Assembly: GCA_963749085.1 (NCBI GenBank)
Contig: CAVVLG010000002.1
Span: 293,033 to 357,032 of the forward strand
From: Candidatus Adlerbacteria bacterium
GTDB taxonomy: Bacteria; Patescibacteriota; Minisyncoccia; Phycocordibacterales; SBAW01
Length of the DNA stretch: 64,000 nucleotides
Direction: 5' to 3'
The position numbers and the translations under genes are program-made. How positions within the stretch are numbered: position 1 is the stretch's first letter; each line of letters opens with the position of its first letter. Shown here piece after piece: positions 9,501-18,682 of this stretch. The notes under the pieces were generated by a model, which worked only from the letters and a program-made list of their open reading frames with translations, was not told the origin of the DNA and searched no databases.

Positions 9501-12500
9501 TCCGCTTCGACGACCATTTCCTTAAGACTGAGGCCCTTGCACAGGTCGTAGAGGGCTTCGGCTCCGATGCCGGCTTCAAACATCGCCCCGTATTTTATGG
9601 CATAGCGGTGGTAGCGGGGTTCGTCGAGCACGGCGCCAAGTTCAATGGCGTCGATATCGCGCCTGGCCTCCACAAAGAGCTCTTTCATTTTCTCCTTGCT
9701 CTTCTCGTCCTGGAGATTCTTCATCTTCTGCTTGTACTCGGCTTCCAATTCCGAAGTAATGCGCTCTTTTTCGTTTTTATGAACCGTAGTGACAATATAA
9801 CCAGCGAAATATACTACCTTCTCGAGGTCTCCGGCGGGAATGCCGAGCACACTTGAAAGCCTTGAAGGAATGGCTCGCAGGAACCACACGTGCGCGACCG
9901 GAACAGCCAAGTCGACATGGCCCATGCGCTCGCGGCGGACAATGGCGCGCGTGATTTCAACGCCGCACTTCTCGCAGATAATACCTTTGTAGCGGATGCC
10001 GCGGTATTTGCCGCAGTAGCACTCGTAGTCGCGCTCCGGACCGAATATTTTTTCATCAAACAGGGAGTTTTTCTCCGGCCGCTGGGTGCGGTAATTGATA
10101 GTTTCAGGCTTGGTGACTTCTCCATGGGACCACTCCAGGATTTTCTCCGGTGAGGCCGGGCGGATGCGCACCGCATCGAAGTCGCTTGCTTCCGCTCCCG
10201 GGGTCTTGCGGGAGTTGATGACCGCGCTGCCGCCGCGCATGAGTTCAACGTCGAGGGCAAGACCGCGCAGCGTATGAAGGAGCACATTGAAAGACGCGGG
10301 CGCGTAGTGATGCGCTATCCGCTCGCCGCGCACAATGGCGTCAAAGGCCGCCGAGCGGCCAGTGATGTCGTCCGATTTGACCGTGAGCATCTCGCGCAAG
10401 GTGTAGGCCGCGCCGTAACCGAGGAGCGCCCACACTTCCATCTCTCCGAAGCGTTGTCCCCCTCCCTGCGCTTTGCCGCCCAAGGGCTGCTGCGTAATCA
10501 ACGAATAGGGGCCTATCGAACGCATGTGAATTTTATCCTCCACCATGTGATGGAGCTTCAGGATATACATGTAGCCGACTGCGATGTCCTGCTCGAATTT
10601 CTCTCCCGTGCGACCGTCATAGAGCGGCATTTTGCCACTTTCGTTGAAGCCGGCGGCTTTGAGTTCCGAGCGGATTTCCTGTTCAGTCGCGCCCGCAAAC
10701 GGCGGACAAATAGCCTGGTAGTCCAGGGTATTGGCGGCCAATCCCAAGTGAAGCTCGAGAATTTGCCCGAGGTTCATGCGCGACGGCACCCCGAGCGGGG
10801 TCAGAATGACATCTACCGGGCGGCCATCTTCCATGTAAGGCATATCCTCCTCCGGGAGGATGCGTGAGATAACGCCTTTGTTGCCGTGACGGCCTGCGAG
10901 TTTGTCCCCGACCGAGACCGTGCGCAACTGGGCAATTTCTATGTGTATACGCTTGATAATGCCACTTTCGAGCTGGTGTCCCTCTTCGCGGGAGAATACT
11001 TTCACTCCTACAATGCGACCCTTCTTGCCGTTTTCCATGCGCAGAGAGGAGTCTTTAACGTCCCTAGCCTTGTCGCCGAATATAGAGCGCAGAAGACGCT
11101 CCTCCGGCGTGAGCTGCGTTTCTCCTTTGGGAGTGATTTTCCCGACCAAAATATCGCCCGGGCGCACTTCAGAGCCCACGCGAACGACGCCATCTTCATC
11201 GAGATTACGCAGCTTCGCTTCCGAGACGTTCGGGATGTCGTGAGTTGTTTCCTCAGGCCCCAATTTAGTGTCGCGAACGTTGCAGACGAACTCTTCAATA
11301 TGGATTGAGGAGAATTTGGAATCTTTGACGAGGCGCTGAGAAATGATGATGGCGTCCTCGTAGTTTGAACCCGACCAGCACATGAACGCCACGAGCACGT
11401 TTTGCCCGAGTGCCAATTGCCCTTGGTCGGAGGAAGAAGTTTCCGCGAGGAGTCCTCCTTTTTTTATCATCTGACCCACGCTCACGGCCGGGCGCTGATG
11501 GAGCGCGGTAAAACCGTTGGTGCGCACGAAGTTAACCAGCGGATATTCGATTTCTTTTCCTTTGTCATTCTTAACTGCAATATGTTTACCGTCGGCAGCT
11601 ACGACCACTCCCGCTTCCTTGGCGTATAAAAGACGGCCCGTATCTTTGGCGGCCGTCTTCTCCATGCCAGTCGCAACGAGCGGCGCCTCAGGGAGAATGC
11701 AGGGGGTCGCCTGCTTTTGCATGTTGGAACCCATGAGCGCGCGGTTCGCGTCGTCGTGATCGAGAAAAGGAATCATCGAGGTGGCTATGGAGAAGGCCTG
11801 CCCGGGGGCCACGTCGATATAGTTGATCTCATTTTTTGGAACGAGTACCGGAGCGCCCTCGAGACGAGCCTCTACCATGTCCTCCAATATTTTGCCCTCG
11901 GTGTCGGTTTTGGTTGCGCCGTGGGCTATCTTCTGCTTTTCCTCTTCGGCCGCGTTGAGATAAGCAATCGTGCTCGTGACCTTCCCCTTCTCCACTTTGG
12001 CATACGGGGTTTCAATCATGCCGAACTCGTTGAGGCGCGCGTATTGGGAGAGACGTAAAATAAGGCCGATGTTGGGGCCTTCAGGGGTATGAATGGGGCA
12101 GAGCCTCCCGTAGTGGGATGGGTGGACGTCGCGCACCTCAAACCCAGCGCGTTCGCGCGTGAGGCCACCAGGGCCGAGTGCGGAGAGCGTGCGCAGATGT
12201 TCTAGCTCCTCCAAAGCATTGGTTTGCTGCATGAACTGGGAGAGCTGATTGGTGGTAAAAAATTCCTTGATGCGGGCTTGGAGCGGCCGCGGGTTGACGA
12301 ATTGGACCGGCATCGTGGCGTCGGCATCAATGGTCGACATGCGGTCCTGTATATTGCGCTTCATGTGTGTCAACCCCACCCTGAGGCGCTGCTGGAGCAT
12401 TTCGCCGACGTAGCGCACGCGGCGACTGCCAAGGTGGTCAATGTTGTCCTCCATGGCGTCAGGATCGTTTTCAAGCTCCAACACGTGAGTGAATACCGTC

Positions 12501-13378
12501 ACTAGGTCGTCGAGACTGAGGGTCTTCCGGCCAAGCTCTTTCTCATCGAGCGATTTGTTGAAACGCTGGTTGAAACGGTAGCGTCCCACGCGGGAGAGAT
12601 CGTAGCGTTCCTCGCTGAAAATGGAGTTGATGTATTCGCGGGCATTTTGTGCGGTCGCCAAATCGCCGTCGCGTAGGCGCTTGTGTACTTCTATATAGGC
12701 CTCCTCGACGGTCTTCGCCGGATCTTTCTCTAGAGCCGACTCTATCCATCGTTTGCCGTAAGATGTCGAGGAGAACAGAGACTTCAAATCGCTGTCGTAG
12801 GCGGCACCCATAATGCGCAGGAGGGACGTCGCGGGGAATTTGCGTTTGCGGTCGATGCGCACGGAGAGTTCGCCGTCGGAGCCCGCTTCAATCTCTATCC
12901 ACGCACCACGCGCGGGAATGATTTTGGCCCCGAAATGGCGCTTGCTCTTGACTTCGTCAGCGGTGAAAAATACCCCGTAGGAGCGGGCAAGCTGAGGCAC
13001 AATAACACGCTCGACCCCGTTGATGATAAAGGTGCCGTGCTCAGTCATGAGCGGAAAATCGGCGAGGAATATTTCCTGTTCTTTCTCGGTCCCGGCGGTT
13101 TTGTTCTTGAGTCTTACGATAGCACGCAGGGGGATATCAAGCGACATCTTTTGCGCTTTGGCGTAGTGCTCATCGTACTTCGGCTCACCAAGTTCGATTT
13201 TGACGAATTCCAAATCAAACTTTTTGCCCGAATAGTCCTTGATGGGCGTGAACTCCTTGAAGGTATCCTTAATACCCTCCTTGAGAATCCATTCGTAGGA
13301 GGTTACCTGCGCTTCGACGAGATTGGGCGTCTCGACGAGCGGCGTGCGGAATCGGCTGAAGGACTTTTGTTCGCGCAT
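6518..13378 (-). CDS. rpoBC: fused DNA-directed RNA polymerase beta-beta' subunit (RpoB-RpoC)
   Basis: A single 2286-aa ORF. RpoB motifs run up to ...[18 protein letters not shown]. After a ~25-aa linker come the RpoC zinc finger [21 protein letters not shown] and [18 protein letters not shown] (DNA ~9.9-10.15 kb). The C-terminal beta' motifs [12 protein letters not shown] follow. Confidence 0.9.
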   Translation of the reverse strand: MREQKSFSRFRTPLVETPNLVEAQVTSYEWILKEGIKDTFKEFTPIKDYSGKKFDLEFVKIELGEPKYDEHYAKAQKMSLDIPLRAIVRLKNKTAGTEKEQEIFLADFPLMTEHGTFIINGVERVIVPQLARSYGVFFTADEVKSKRHFGAKIIPARGAWIEIEAGSDGELSVRIDRKRKFPATSLLRIMGAAYDSDLKSLFSSTSYGKRWIESALEKDPAKTVEEAYIEVHKRLRDGDLATAQNAREYINSIFSEERYDLSRVGRYRFNQRFNKSLDEKELGRKTLSLDDLVTVFTHVLELENDPDAMEDNIDHLGSRRVRYVGEMLQQRLRVGLTHMKRNIQDRMSTIDADATMPVQFVNPRPLQARIKEFFTTNQLSQFMQQTNALEELEHLRTLSALGPGGLTRERAGFEVRDVHPSHYGRLCPIHTPEGPNIGLILRLSQYARLNEFGMIETPYAKVEKGKVTSTIAYLNAAEEEKQKIAHGATKTDTEGKILEDMVEARLEGAPVLVPKNEINYIDVAPGQAFSIATSMIPFLDHDDANRALMGSNMQKQATPCILPEAPLVATGMEKTAAKDTGRLLYAKEAGVVVAADGKHIAVKNDKGKEIEYPLVNFVRTNGFTALHQRPAVSVGQMIKKGGLLAETSSSDQGQLALGQNVLVAFMCWSGSNYEDAIIISQRLVKDSKFSSIHIEEFVCNVRDTKLGPEETTHDIPNVSEAKLRNLDEDGVVRVGSEVRPGDILVGKITPKGETQLTPEERLLRSIFGDKARDVKDSSLRMENGKKGRIVGVKVFSREEGHQLESGIIKRIHIEIAQLRTVSVGDKLAGRHGNKGVISRILPEEDMPYMEDGRPVDVILTPLGVPSRMNLGQILELHLGLAANTLDYQAICPPFAGATEQEIRSELKAAGFNESGKMPLYDGRTGEKFEQDIAVGYMYILKLHHMVEDKIHMRSIGPYSLITQQPLGGKAQGGGQRFGEMEVWALLGYGAAYTLREMLTVKSDDITGRSAAFDAIVRGERIAHHYAPASFNVLLHTLRGLALDVELMRGGSAVINSRKTPGAEASDFDAVRIRPASPEKILEWSHGEVTKPETINYRTQRPEKNSLFDEKIFGPERDYECYCGKYRGIRYKGIICEKCGVEITRAIVRRERMGHVDLAVPVAHVWFLRAIPSRLSSVLGIPAGDLEKVVYFAGYIVTTVHKNEKERITSELEAEYKQKMKNLQDEKSKEKMKELFVEARRDIDAIELGAVLDEPRYHRYAIKYGAMFEAGIGAEALYDLCKGLSLKEMVVEAETALEKSGAAEREKLARRLSTLRGMVRANVRPEWMFLMRIPVIPPGLRPMVALDGGRHATSDVNDLYRRVINRNNRLKKLLDIHAPDVILRNEKRILQEAVDALIDNSIRHGGAAYSATTQARTRPLKSLSDNLKGKHGLFRQNLLGKRVDYSGRSVIVVGPELSLNQCGLPKHMALELFRPFVIGKLLEKELAYNIRGAGRLIDEGVPEVWAILEDVIKEKYVLLNRAPTLHRLGIQAFQPVLIEGNAIQLHPLVCPAFNADFDGDQMAVHVPLSPESQAEAREIMAARKNILKPGNGEPVVATKLLDILLGSYWMTKEVAGMKGEGLAFPNPNSAILAYDFGHVGFQAKIKVLPSEKEKYAQFGGQLFETTVGRLLFNTVFPSDYPYINYPIDKKSLAKLVDDLILRYDIEKIPEIMDRIKNFGFRYVTQSGITWSLDDIRIPKEKEGIVAEAQKKSDDITKHWEQGLLSEEERYLMNLEVWHAAKSDVEKLIPASLPKDGSVSDMLRSGARGSLAQMTQMVGMKGLIASPTGETIELPVTKSMKEGLSPIDYFTTTHGSRSGLASTALSTAKAGYLTRRLFDVAQDIVVSEEECGTKEGLMVYRESASGIGTFLAKNIEGRYLASDIEVDGKIHYKKGQFITNADAHHIEELGVPSVYVRSPVGCKTSRGICSKCYGTDLGTMKPVGLGEAVGTVAAQAIGEPGTQLTMNIKHAGGAASAGGDVTHGLPRVEEIFERRAPRNPALVSEVSGEVVEMKEEAKEKIIVVAPDIEHKGKSKKDTIEYAVHFRRVPLIKVGDKVAKGQLLTDGSADLSDLFKYAGKEKTVAYILSEVVKIYELQGANISTKHVEVMVRQMFSRMKIKNSGTTDYSQGDVVGEAALELTNEKVSDSGGEKATGEPLIMGILDVSLSRASFLSAASFQNTTRMLIRAAIYGAVDHLQGLKENVIIGRLIPAGTGFKGSPKSKIVEKYAPVAAGEVTERRERVALSRE

Positions 13379-13711
13379 AGGGGTTGTATGCTAGAAACTT
13401 AATAATGCGAACAGTGCTTTAAAAAATACAATGAACCGCACTGGTGCCAAAACACGAAAAGAGCGGGCGCGTAAAACGCTCCCCTGCTTAGTTTCTACCC
13501 AAGTTCAGATGGCACGCATTGCCACTATTTAATTGTTGAAACGCAAGCCCTCACAACTCATCCTGCCTCAAGGTCTCCCCGAAGGCGCCCCGCCTTTTGT
13601 TTCGCTCTCCAGTATACGAATTCTCAAGGGTCTGTCAAGCGCCTATACACAGATATAAAAGGCTGCCGGGCAATCCCAGCGGCTACAAAAACCTAAGAGA
13701 ATAAAGGGGGA

Positions 13712-13924
13712 TCAGGCAGTTCGAAGTTCCACGATCCCTGCTGGTAGAACGGCAACTACCGTATGTCGTGGGTATTGAAAACGTACCGCCGCCACTCCGT
13801 CGGCAATGTGCCGCACTTCGCCTTTCTTCCTAGAGTGGACGACAAAGCCTGCGAGTCTATCGTGATGCCATGGTTTGACATAGCCTTTCGCTCGGTATGT
13901 TTCTTTCACGATGCAATCGCTCAC
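13712..13924 (-). CDS. hypothetical small protein (possibly a PRC-barrel-like remnant)
   Basis: A 70-aa ORF, GYVKPWHHDRLAGFVVHSRKKGEVRHIADG. It has only a weak resemblance to the RimM C-terminal barrel. It lies in a 630-bp gap downstream of trmD. Confidence 0.15.
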   Translation of the reverse strand: MSDCIVKETYRAKGYVKPWHHDRLAGFVVHSRKKGEVRHIADGVAAVRFQYPRHTVVAVLPAGIVELRTA

Positions 13925-14006
13925 GTGACCCTCCCGTTGTTTAATAGTATGGTACGAAAAACTCTCCAGAGGCGATACCTCACAGGAGGGTGTGAGTCAA
14001 ATACAA

Positions 14007-14654
14007 TTATGCACCTGGTCTACTCCTTCGCCTTTGCTTCCAGCTATTTATGTGTTCCCGATGGCCGGAGAGAAGAATCTTGGGCACCCGATACTTCTTA
14101 TCTTTATATGTAAGTATCTCGGGGCGGGTGTAAACTTCGTAGCTCGCTATCCTCCCTTCCTCAAGCGACTCGAATCTGCCAAGCACTCCTTTTATCTGCC
14201 GCGCCGTTGCGTCAATGATAGCCAGGGCCGGCACTTCGCCACCGGTTAAAATGTAGGGGCCGATCGAGATTTCTTCTGCCTTTAGAATTTTTTTGGCGCG
14301 CGAGTCGAGTCCCTCGTAGCGGCCGCAAATGATAACGAGGTTTTTTTCCTTGCTGAGTCTTTTCGCGTACGCGTTGGTGAAGCGCTTGCCGCCCGCGGCG
14401 GTGATAAGGACTCTCATTTTTTTTCCCTTTCGTATCTTTTCCACTGCTTTGATAACCGGCTCAGCTTGAAGCACCATACCGGGGCCCCCGCCGTAGGGCC
14501 GCTCGTCGGCCTTTCCCCATTTGTTGCTCACAAAATCACGTAACTGGTAGGTTTTCACCAAAAGTTTCTTCTCCTTTTGTGCCCGCCCCAAAATGGAGAT
14601 GCTGGTATATGCATCGATAACCTCCGGAAAAAGGCTTATGACGTAGAATTTCAT
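14007..14654 (-). CDS. trmD: tRNA (guanine37-N1)-methyltransferase TrmD
   Basis: YGGGPGMV and the SPOUT knot motifs. The C-terminal is LSGHREHINSWKQRR. Confidence 0.9.
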   Translation of the reverse strand: MKFYVISLFPEVIDAYTSISILGRAQKEKKLLVKTYQLRDFVSNKWGKADERPYGGGPGMVLQAEPVIKAVEKIRKGKKMRVLITAAGGKRFTNAYAKRLSKEKNLVIICGRYEGLDSRAKKILKAEEISIGPYILTGGEVPALAIIDATARQIKGVLGRFESLEEGRIASYEVYTRPEILTYKDKKYRVPKILLSGHREHINSWKQRRRSRPGA

Positions 14655-14672
14655 CTTGCTGTTGTAGCCTAT

Positions 14673-15158
14673 TTACACTCGTGCCGCAATTGCATTCGGC
14701 ACTCGACGCAAATCGCCGTTAAGCAGTATCGGTTTCATTCCCATTACTTCCTGCTTGTAAGAGAGCTCCGAGGAGACGGGATTGAGGAGGTAAATGGGTT
14801 TTTTGAGATAAAACGCGAGGCCCATTTCTATCAGCGTGTTGCCGCCGATGTAGCCGAGCACACCGCGCTTCTCGGAATTGACTACGAGAATGGCATCGGA
14901 CCACTCCACCTTGCCTAAATGATCGTTGATAGCGGCCCCTTTGAAATCCCAAAGTTTGTCGCCTTCCACGAAGCTATCGATGCCGCCGTGCTCCTCTATA
15001 TAGGTACTGAAGGCGAGCGTCCGACCGCCGCCGAACTCCCTCGGTAATTCATTATCAAGAAACGGTACGCGCACATCATGGCCCCGGGTCTCCAGAAGGC
15101 GTCGCGCTTCCTGCATGTCTTTATAAAACACCATGCTGCCGCAAATAGTCAGCTTCAT
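14673..15158 (-). CDS. nucleoside 2-deoxyribosyltransferase-like protein
   Basis: KLTICGSMVFYKDM...GHDVRVP and AILVVNSEKRGVLGYIGGNTLIEMGLAFYLKKPIYLL match the NDT/Rossmann-like flavodoxin-fold family. The start is chosen at MKLT, giving an ATGA overlap with the NUDIX gene. Confidence 0.35.
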   Translation of the reverse strand: MKLTICGSMVFYKDMQEARRLLETRGHDVRVPFLDNELPREFGGGRTLAFSTYIEEHGGIDSFVEGDKLWDFKGAAINDHLGKVEWSDAILVVNSEKRGVLGYIGGNTLIEMGLAFYLKKPIYLLNPVSSELSYKQEVMGMKPILLNGDLRRVPNAIAARV

Positions 15159-15565
15159 AGAATTCTTTTCTCTCGATACCACTCAAGCATAATCGGCTCA
15201 AATCCAGGCGGCGGCAAATTATTTATTTCCTCCTTCGTATACCAACCGGCCTGCTTCGTTTCCTCCTCGCTTCGCTTCATATCCCCCTGCGCCTCTATCC
15301 GATAGACTCTCCAGTAGTGCCACGTGCCACCCCCGCGGCTGCAGGGATTTTCGACGCGACCTTCAGCGATGAGCTCTATCTTTTTTGCCTTAAGACCAAC
15401 TTCTTCTTGTAATTCCCTTGCGGCCGCGTGGTCATAAGCTTCACCTTCATCCACGTGGCCTGCAGGAAAAGCATAAGTAAGAGGAAATATCTTCCGTTCT
15501 ATGAGCAGCATCTTGCCACCCCGTTCAACGATCAGACCAACGCTTGTGTGGTTACATACCGCCAT
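15155..15565 (-). CDS. NUDIX hydrolase
   Basis: Nudix box GHVDEGEAYDHAAARELQEEVGL (GX5EX7REUXEEXGU). Confidence 0.8.
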   Translation of the reverse strand: MAVCNHTSVGLIVERGGKMLLIERKIFPLTYAFPAGHVDEGEAYDHAAARELQEEVGLKAKKIELIAEGRVENPCSRGGGTWHYWRVYRIEAQGDMKRSEEETKQAGWYTKEEINNLPPPGFEPIMLEWYREKRIL

Positions 15566-15614
15566 GCAAAAATCCGCGCCCTAACTGTAGCGCGGATTTT
15601 GCCAACTGTCAGTG

Positions 15615-15995
15615 TCAAAACTTTGAGAGATCCTCCATTGCCTCGTCGACGGACTTCATCGACGGAGAGACGGGTGCCTCATGCGTGCCGTCCCATCCTT
15701 GTGCCGCGGTGCCGCCGCCGTCGCTCATACTCTGCGAGCGCATGCCGCCCACCGGTTCGTTTATCTTCAAATTCACGCGCGCGTTGTGCTTCATGCCCAC
15801 CACGCGCAGAAGCGTACGAATGGCTTTCGCAGTATTGCCCGAGCGGCCGATGACCTTACCCATGTCATCTGCATTGAGATCAAGCGTCAATAACACGCCC
15901 ATCTCGTCTACCGTACGGCCGATTTTCACGTCTTCCGTATGCTCGACCAGACCCTTCACGACGAATTCCAAAAATTCCTGATCTCTTTCTGCCAT
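15615..15995 (-). CDS. khpA: KH-domain RNA-binding protein (YlqC/KhpA-like) with a C-terminal extension
   Basis: VLLTLDLNADDMGKVIGRSGNTAKAIRTLL, the KH GXXG loop. The position immediately after rpsP is conserved. Confidence 0.6.
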   Translation of the reverse strand: MAERDQEFLEFVVKGLVEHTEDVKIGRTVDEMGVLLTLDLNADDMGKVIGRSGNTAKAIRTLLRVVGMKHNARVNLKINEPVGGMRSQSMSDGGGTAAQGWDGTHEAPVSPSMKSVDEAMEDLSKF

Positions 15996-16032
15996 TGCTG
16001 TATATTAATTTGTTAAAAACACTCCCTTTATC

Positions 16033-16404
16033 TTATGCAGTCTCCTCCTCCTGTGCAACTTCGTTACTCACAGCCTCCTCGGTCAAAGCCTCGGCGGCTT
16101 CTACTTCTTCTCTCTTATCCCCAGCTGGGGCCACCGTAAAGGTCGACAGGACGTTTATTTTCTTGCCTTCTATAATCTTATTGGAGATAAGGAGGTTATG
16201 GACAGTGTCGGAGGTCTTCGCCCCATGCGCCATCCAGTGCTTGATGCGATCGCCTTTAAGCTCCACGCGGTCGGTGCGCGCATCGTAGGAGCCGAGCAGT
16301 TCCAGATAATTGCCGGTTTTAGGTTTGCGCTTGGAGTCGGTGACGATAACCCGGTAGGAAGGATCATTTTTGCGGCCGATACGAGTGAGTCTGATAGTAA
16401 GCAT
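16033..16404 (-). CDS. rpsP: 30S ribosomal protein S16 with an acidic C-terminal tail
   Basis: MLTIRLTRIGRKNDPSYRVIVTD... Confidence 0.9.
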   Translation of the reverse strand: MLTIRLTRIGRKNDPSYRVIVTDSKRKPKTGNYLELLGSYDARTDRVELKGDRIKHWMAHGAKTSDTVHNLLISNKIIEGKKINVLSTFTVAPAGDKREEVEAAEALTEEAVSNEVAQEEETA

Positions 16405-16410
16405 GTTTTA

Positions 16411-16452
16411 AAAATACCCCTCTCTGAGGGATAGGGGTACTGTAGCAAATGC
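16411..16452 (-). promoter_or_regulatory. candidate sigma-70 promoter of the rpsP operon (TTGACT-N16-TGCTACAGT, extended -10)
   Basis: The reverse complement of 16411-16452 reads TTGACTTTAGGCCAGCATTTGCTACAGT. The same TGCTACA[AG]T element recurs upstream of rpmF, gyrB and the SMC-like gene. Confidence 0.35.
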
Positions 16453-16547
16453 TGGCCTAAAGTCAATAAATGCCGTAATATAAGCACATAACGGGTAAGA
16501 AACACATCTCAGGCATCGTACAGGTAACCCGCAAAGGCACGGGGTAC

Positions 16548-18413
16548 GTGCCCTACTCGGAAACGAGCGGCAAGGAGCATGAAGACATCGAAATAAGCAA
16601 TGAGCATCTGCGGGGGGCACTTAACGGGGATACCGTTGAGGTAGAACTGAAAGAGCTTTTCCCCCGCCCCAAGGGAGCCGTTATCAAGATTACCGCCAGG
16701 GCGAAGGAGGATTTTGTGGCAACGCTTAAAAGGAACAAGGGCGGCTTGGTAGCCATGCCGGACGACGTCAAATTTTACCGACCTCTGGTGCTGCCGGGCG
16801 AGGACAGATACGCCGAGGGGGAGAAAGTGCTGGTGCACTTGGAATCCTTTGATGGCAGCACGGATCCCGTGGGCACGGTCGTCGAACACCTGGGCAAAGC
16901 GGGCGAACACCGGGTGGAGATGAACGCCATTGTACTTGCACACGGCTTCCGCACAGCGTTTCCAGAAGCCGCAGCGAAGGAAGCGCAAGGAATAGAAAAA
17001 AACCATGCAGCCGCCATCGCGAAGGAAGCGCTGAGTCGCACGGACTTCCGCGACACACCCACTATGACCATTGACCCCATTGATGCGAAAGATTTCGACG
17101 ACGCGCTCTCAGTGGTCGAGCTTCCTAATGGCGATATAGAGGTGGGTGTGCACATCGCGGATGCGACCTTTTTTGTCCGCGAAGGCACGGCGATAGACGC
17201 GGAAATGCAGCGGCGCGGCACCTCCGTGTATCTCGTCGACGCGACCATCCCAATGCTGCCCATGGAGCTCAGCGGCAACGTCTGCAGCCTGCGCCCAGAG
17301 GAAGACCGGCTGGCGTTCTCCGCCGTCTTTGTCATGAGCAAGAGCGGCGATGTACGTTCGCGGAAATTCGAGAAGTCAATTATCCGCTCGAATAAACGCT
17401 TCACCTATGAAGAAGCCCAGCAGGTACTCAACACCCAGAAAGGCCCTTTGCTTAGAGAATTGAACCTGCTGCGCTCGCTTGCCCGCATCTTGCGCGAACG
17501 GCGCGAAAAAGAAGGAGCCATAGATTTCGGCGACAACGAGGTGAAATTCACGCTGGACAAGGACGGTAAGGTGCTCTCGGTCGTGCGCAAGGAGCGGATT
17601 GAGACGAATCTCCTCATTGAAGAATTCATGTTGCTCGCCAACAAAGAAGTGGCTGCGTATATCGCGGACCTCGCCGCGAAGCTCCCGGAGAAAAATTATG
17701 TGTTTCTCTACCGCATCCACGACGAGCCGAAGGCCGACCGCATTGAGGAGCTCGCCACGTTCGTGCGGGCGGTCGGCTACGATTTTGCCCATAAAAAGAA
17801 GCGGCCTTCCGCGCGGGACATCCGACACCTGCTCGAGCAGATACGGGGCAAGCCCGAGGAGCATCTCATCCGCACTGCGACCCTGCGTTCCATGGCGAAG
17901 GCTATTTATTCAACCAAAAACATCGGCCACTTCGGCCTGGCTTTTCGGTACTATACGCATTTCACCTCCCCGATACGCCGCTACCCGGATATGCTCGTAC
18001 ATCGCATCCTGGCGAGCCATCTCTACCATAAACCGCTGACCCGCAAAGAGTACGGGAATCTGGAGACCCTATGTCTCGCTGCTTCAATGCGCGAGGCGGA
18101 AGCGGTCGATGCCGAGCGCGACTCAATACGCTACAAGCAAGTCGAGTACCTAAGCGGCAAGATCGGGCAGACATTTGAGGGGGTTATCTCCGGCGTCACC
18201 GACTGGGGTCTATATGTGGAGGAGAAAATAACCGCCGCCGAAGGGTTGGTGCGAGTACGCACGATAGGCACTGATTTTTATAACTATTCGCAAAAAGAGT
18301 ATGCACTTATAGGTCAACGTACCAAAAAGAAATTCACCCTTGGCGATAGGGTGAAAGTAAAACTGGTCGCGTCCGATATGGCCGCGAGAACTCTGGATTT
18401 TGAACTAGCTTAG
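16548..18413 (+). CDS. rnr: ribonuclease R (RNase II/R family exoribonuclease)
   Basis: An RNB catalytic domain (IDPIDAKDFDDALSV, HIADATFFV, LVDATIPMLP) and a C-terminal S1 domain. The conserved cold-shock-like segment GIVQVTRKGTGYV is encoded in-frame upstream (from ~16479) with no ATG, GTG or TTG. Confidence 0.85.
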   Translation: MPYSETSGKEHEDIEISNEHLRGALNGDTVEVELKELFPRPKGAVIKITARAKEDFVATLKRNKGGLVAMPDDVKFYRPLVLPGEDRYAEGEKVLVHLESFDGSTDPVGTVVEHLGKAGEHRVEMNAIVLAHGFRTAFPEAAAKEAQGIEKNHAAAIAKEALSRTDFRDTPTMTIDPIDAKDFDDALSVVELPNGDIEVGVHIADATFFVREGTAIDAEMQRRGTSVYLVDATIPMLPMELSGNVCSLRPEEDRLAFSAVFVMSKSGDVRSRKFEKSIIRSNKRFTYEEAQQVLNTQKGPLLRELNLLRSLARILRERREKEGAIDFGDNEVKFTLDKDGKVLSVVRKERIETNLLIEEFMLLANKEVAAYIADLAAKLPEKNYVFLYRIHDEPKADRIEELATFVRAVGYDFAHKKKRPSARDIRHLLEQIRGKPEEHLIRTATLRSMAKAIYSTKNIGHFGLAFRYYTHFTSPIRRYPDMLVHRILASHLYHKPLTRKEYGNLETLCLAASMREAEAVDAERDSIRYKQVEYLSGKIGQTFEGVISGVTDWGLYVEEKITAAEGLVRVRTIGTDFYNYSQKEYALIGQRTKKKFTLGDRVKVKLVASDMAARTLDFELA

Positions 18414-18577
18414 CGACAGGAGAGGCAGCGGCAGGCATCTCCGTGGCCTAGCACATAACTGTCAAACTGACGCGGAGGATCTTTTGCTTCTGGTTTGCAC
18501 GCACCGTTTGCCAAACGACCGTGAAGCTCCACCAGCCGTGGATTACGTTTCAGATGGTCATCTTCTTGCTCATTCAT
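18410..18577 (-). CDS. hypothetical 55-aa Cys-containing small protein
   Basis: ATG preceded by AAGGGAGGAG. Sequence MNEQEDDHLKRNPRLVELHGRLANGACKPEAKDPPRQFDSYVLGHGDACRCLSCR. Convergent with rnr, and its stop overlaps the rnr stop. Not in the ORF track because it is under 60 aa. Confidence 0.2.
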   Translation of the reverse strand: MNEQEDDHLKRNPRLVELHGRLANGACKPEAKDPPRQFDSYVLGHGDACRCLSCR

Positions 18578-18682
18578 GAGCTCCTCCCTTGTGAAGTCTA
18601 ACGCCCTACATCCTTAGCCACTAAATCACCTTTCATATCTGCATCCAAGCACAAGGAGGTGGATATAATATTCTCCAAAAAA

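Noticed and set aside
8048-9856. Long plus-strand ORFs (332 and 260 aa) inside rpoBC
   Set aside because: They are antisense to a highly conserved RNAP gene and are Arg/Ala-rich, a typical high-GC shadow ORF pattern.
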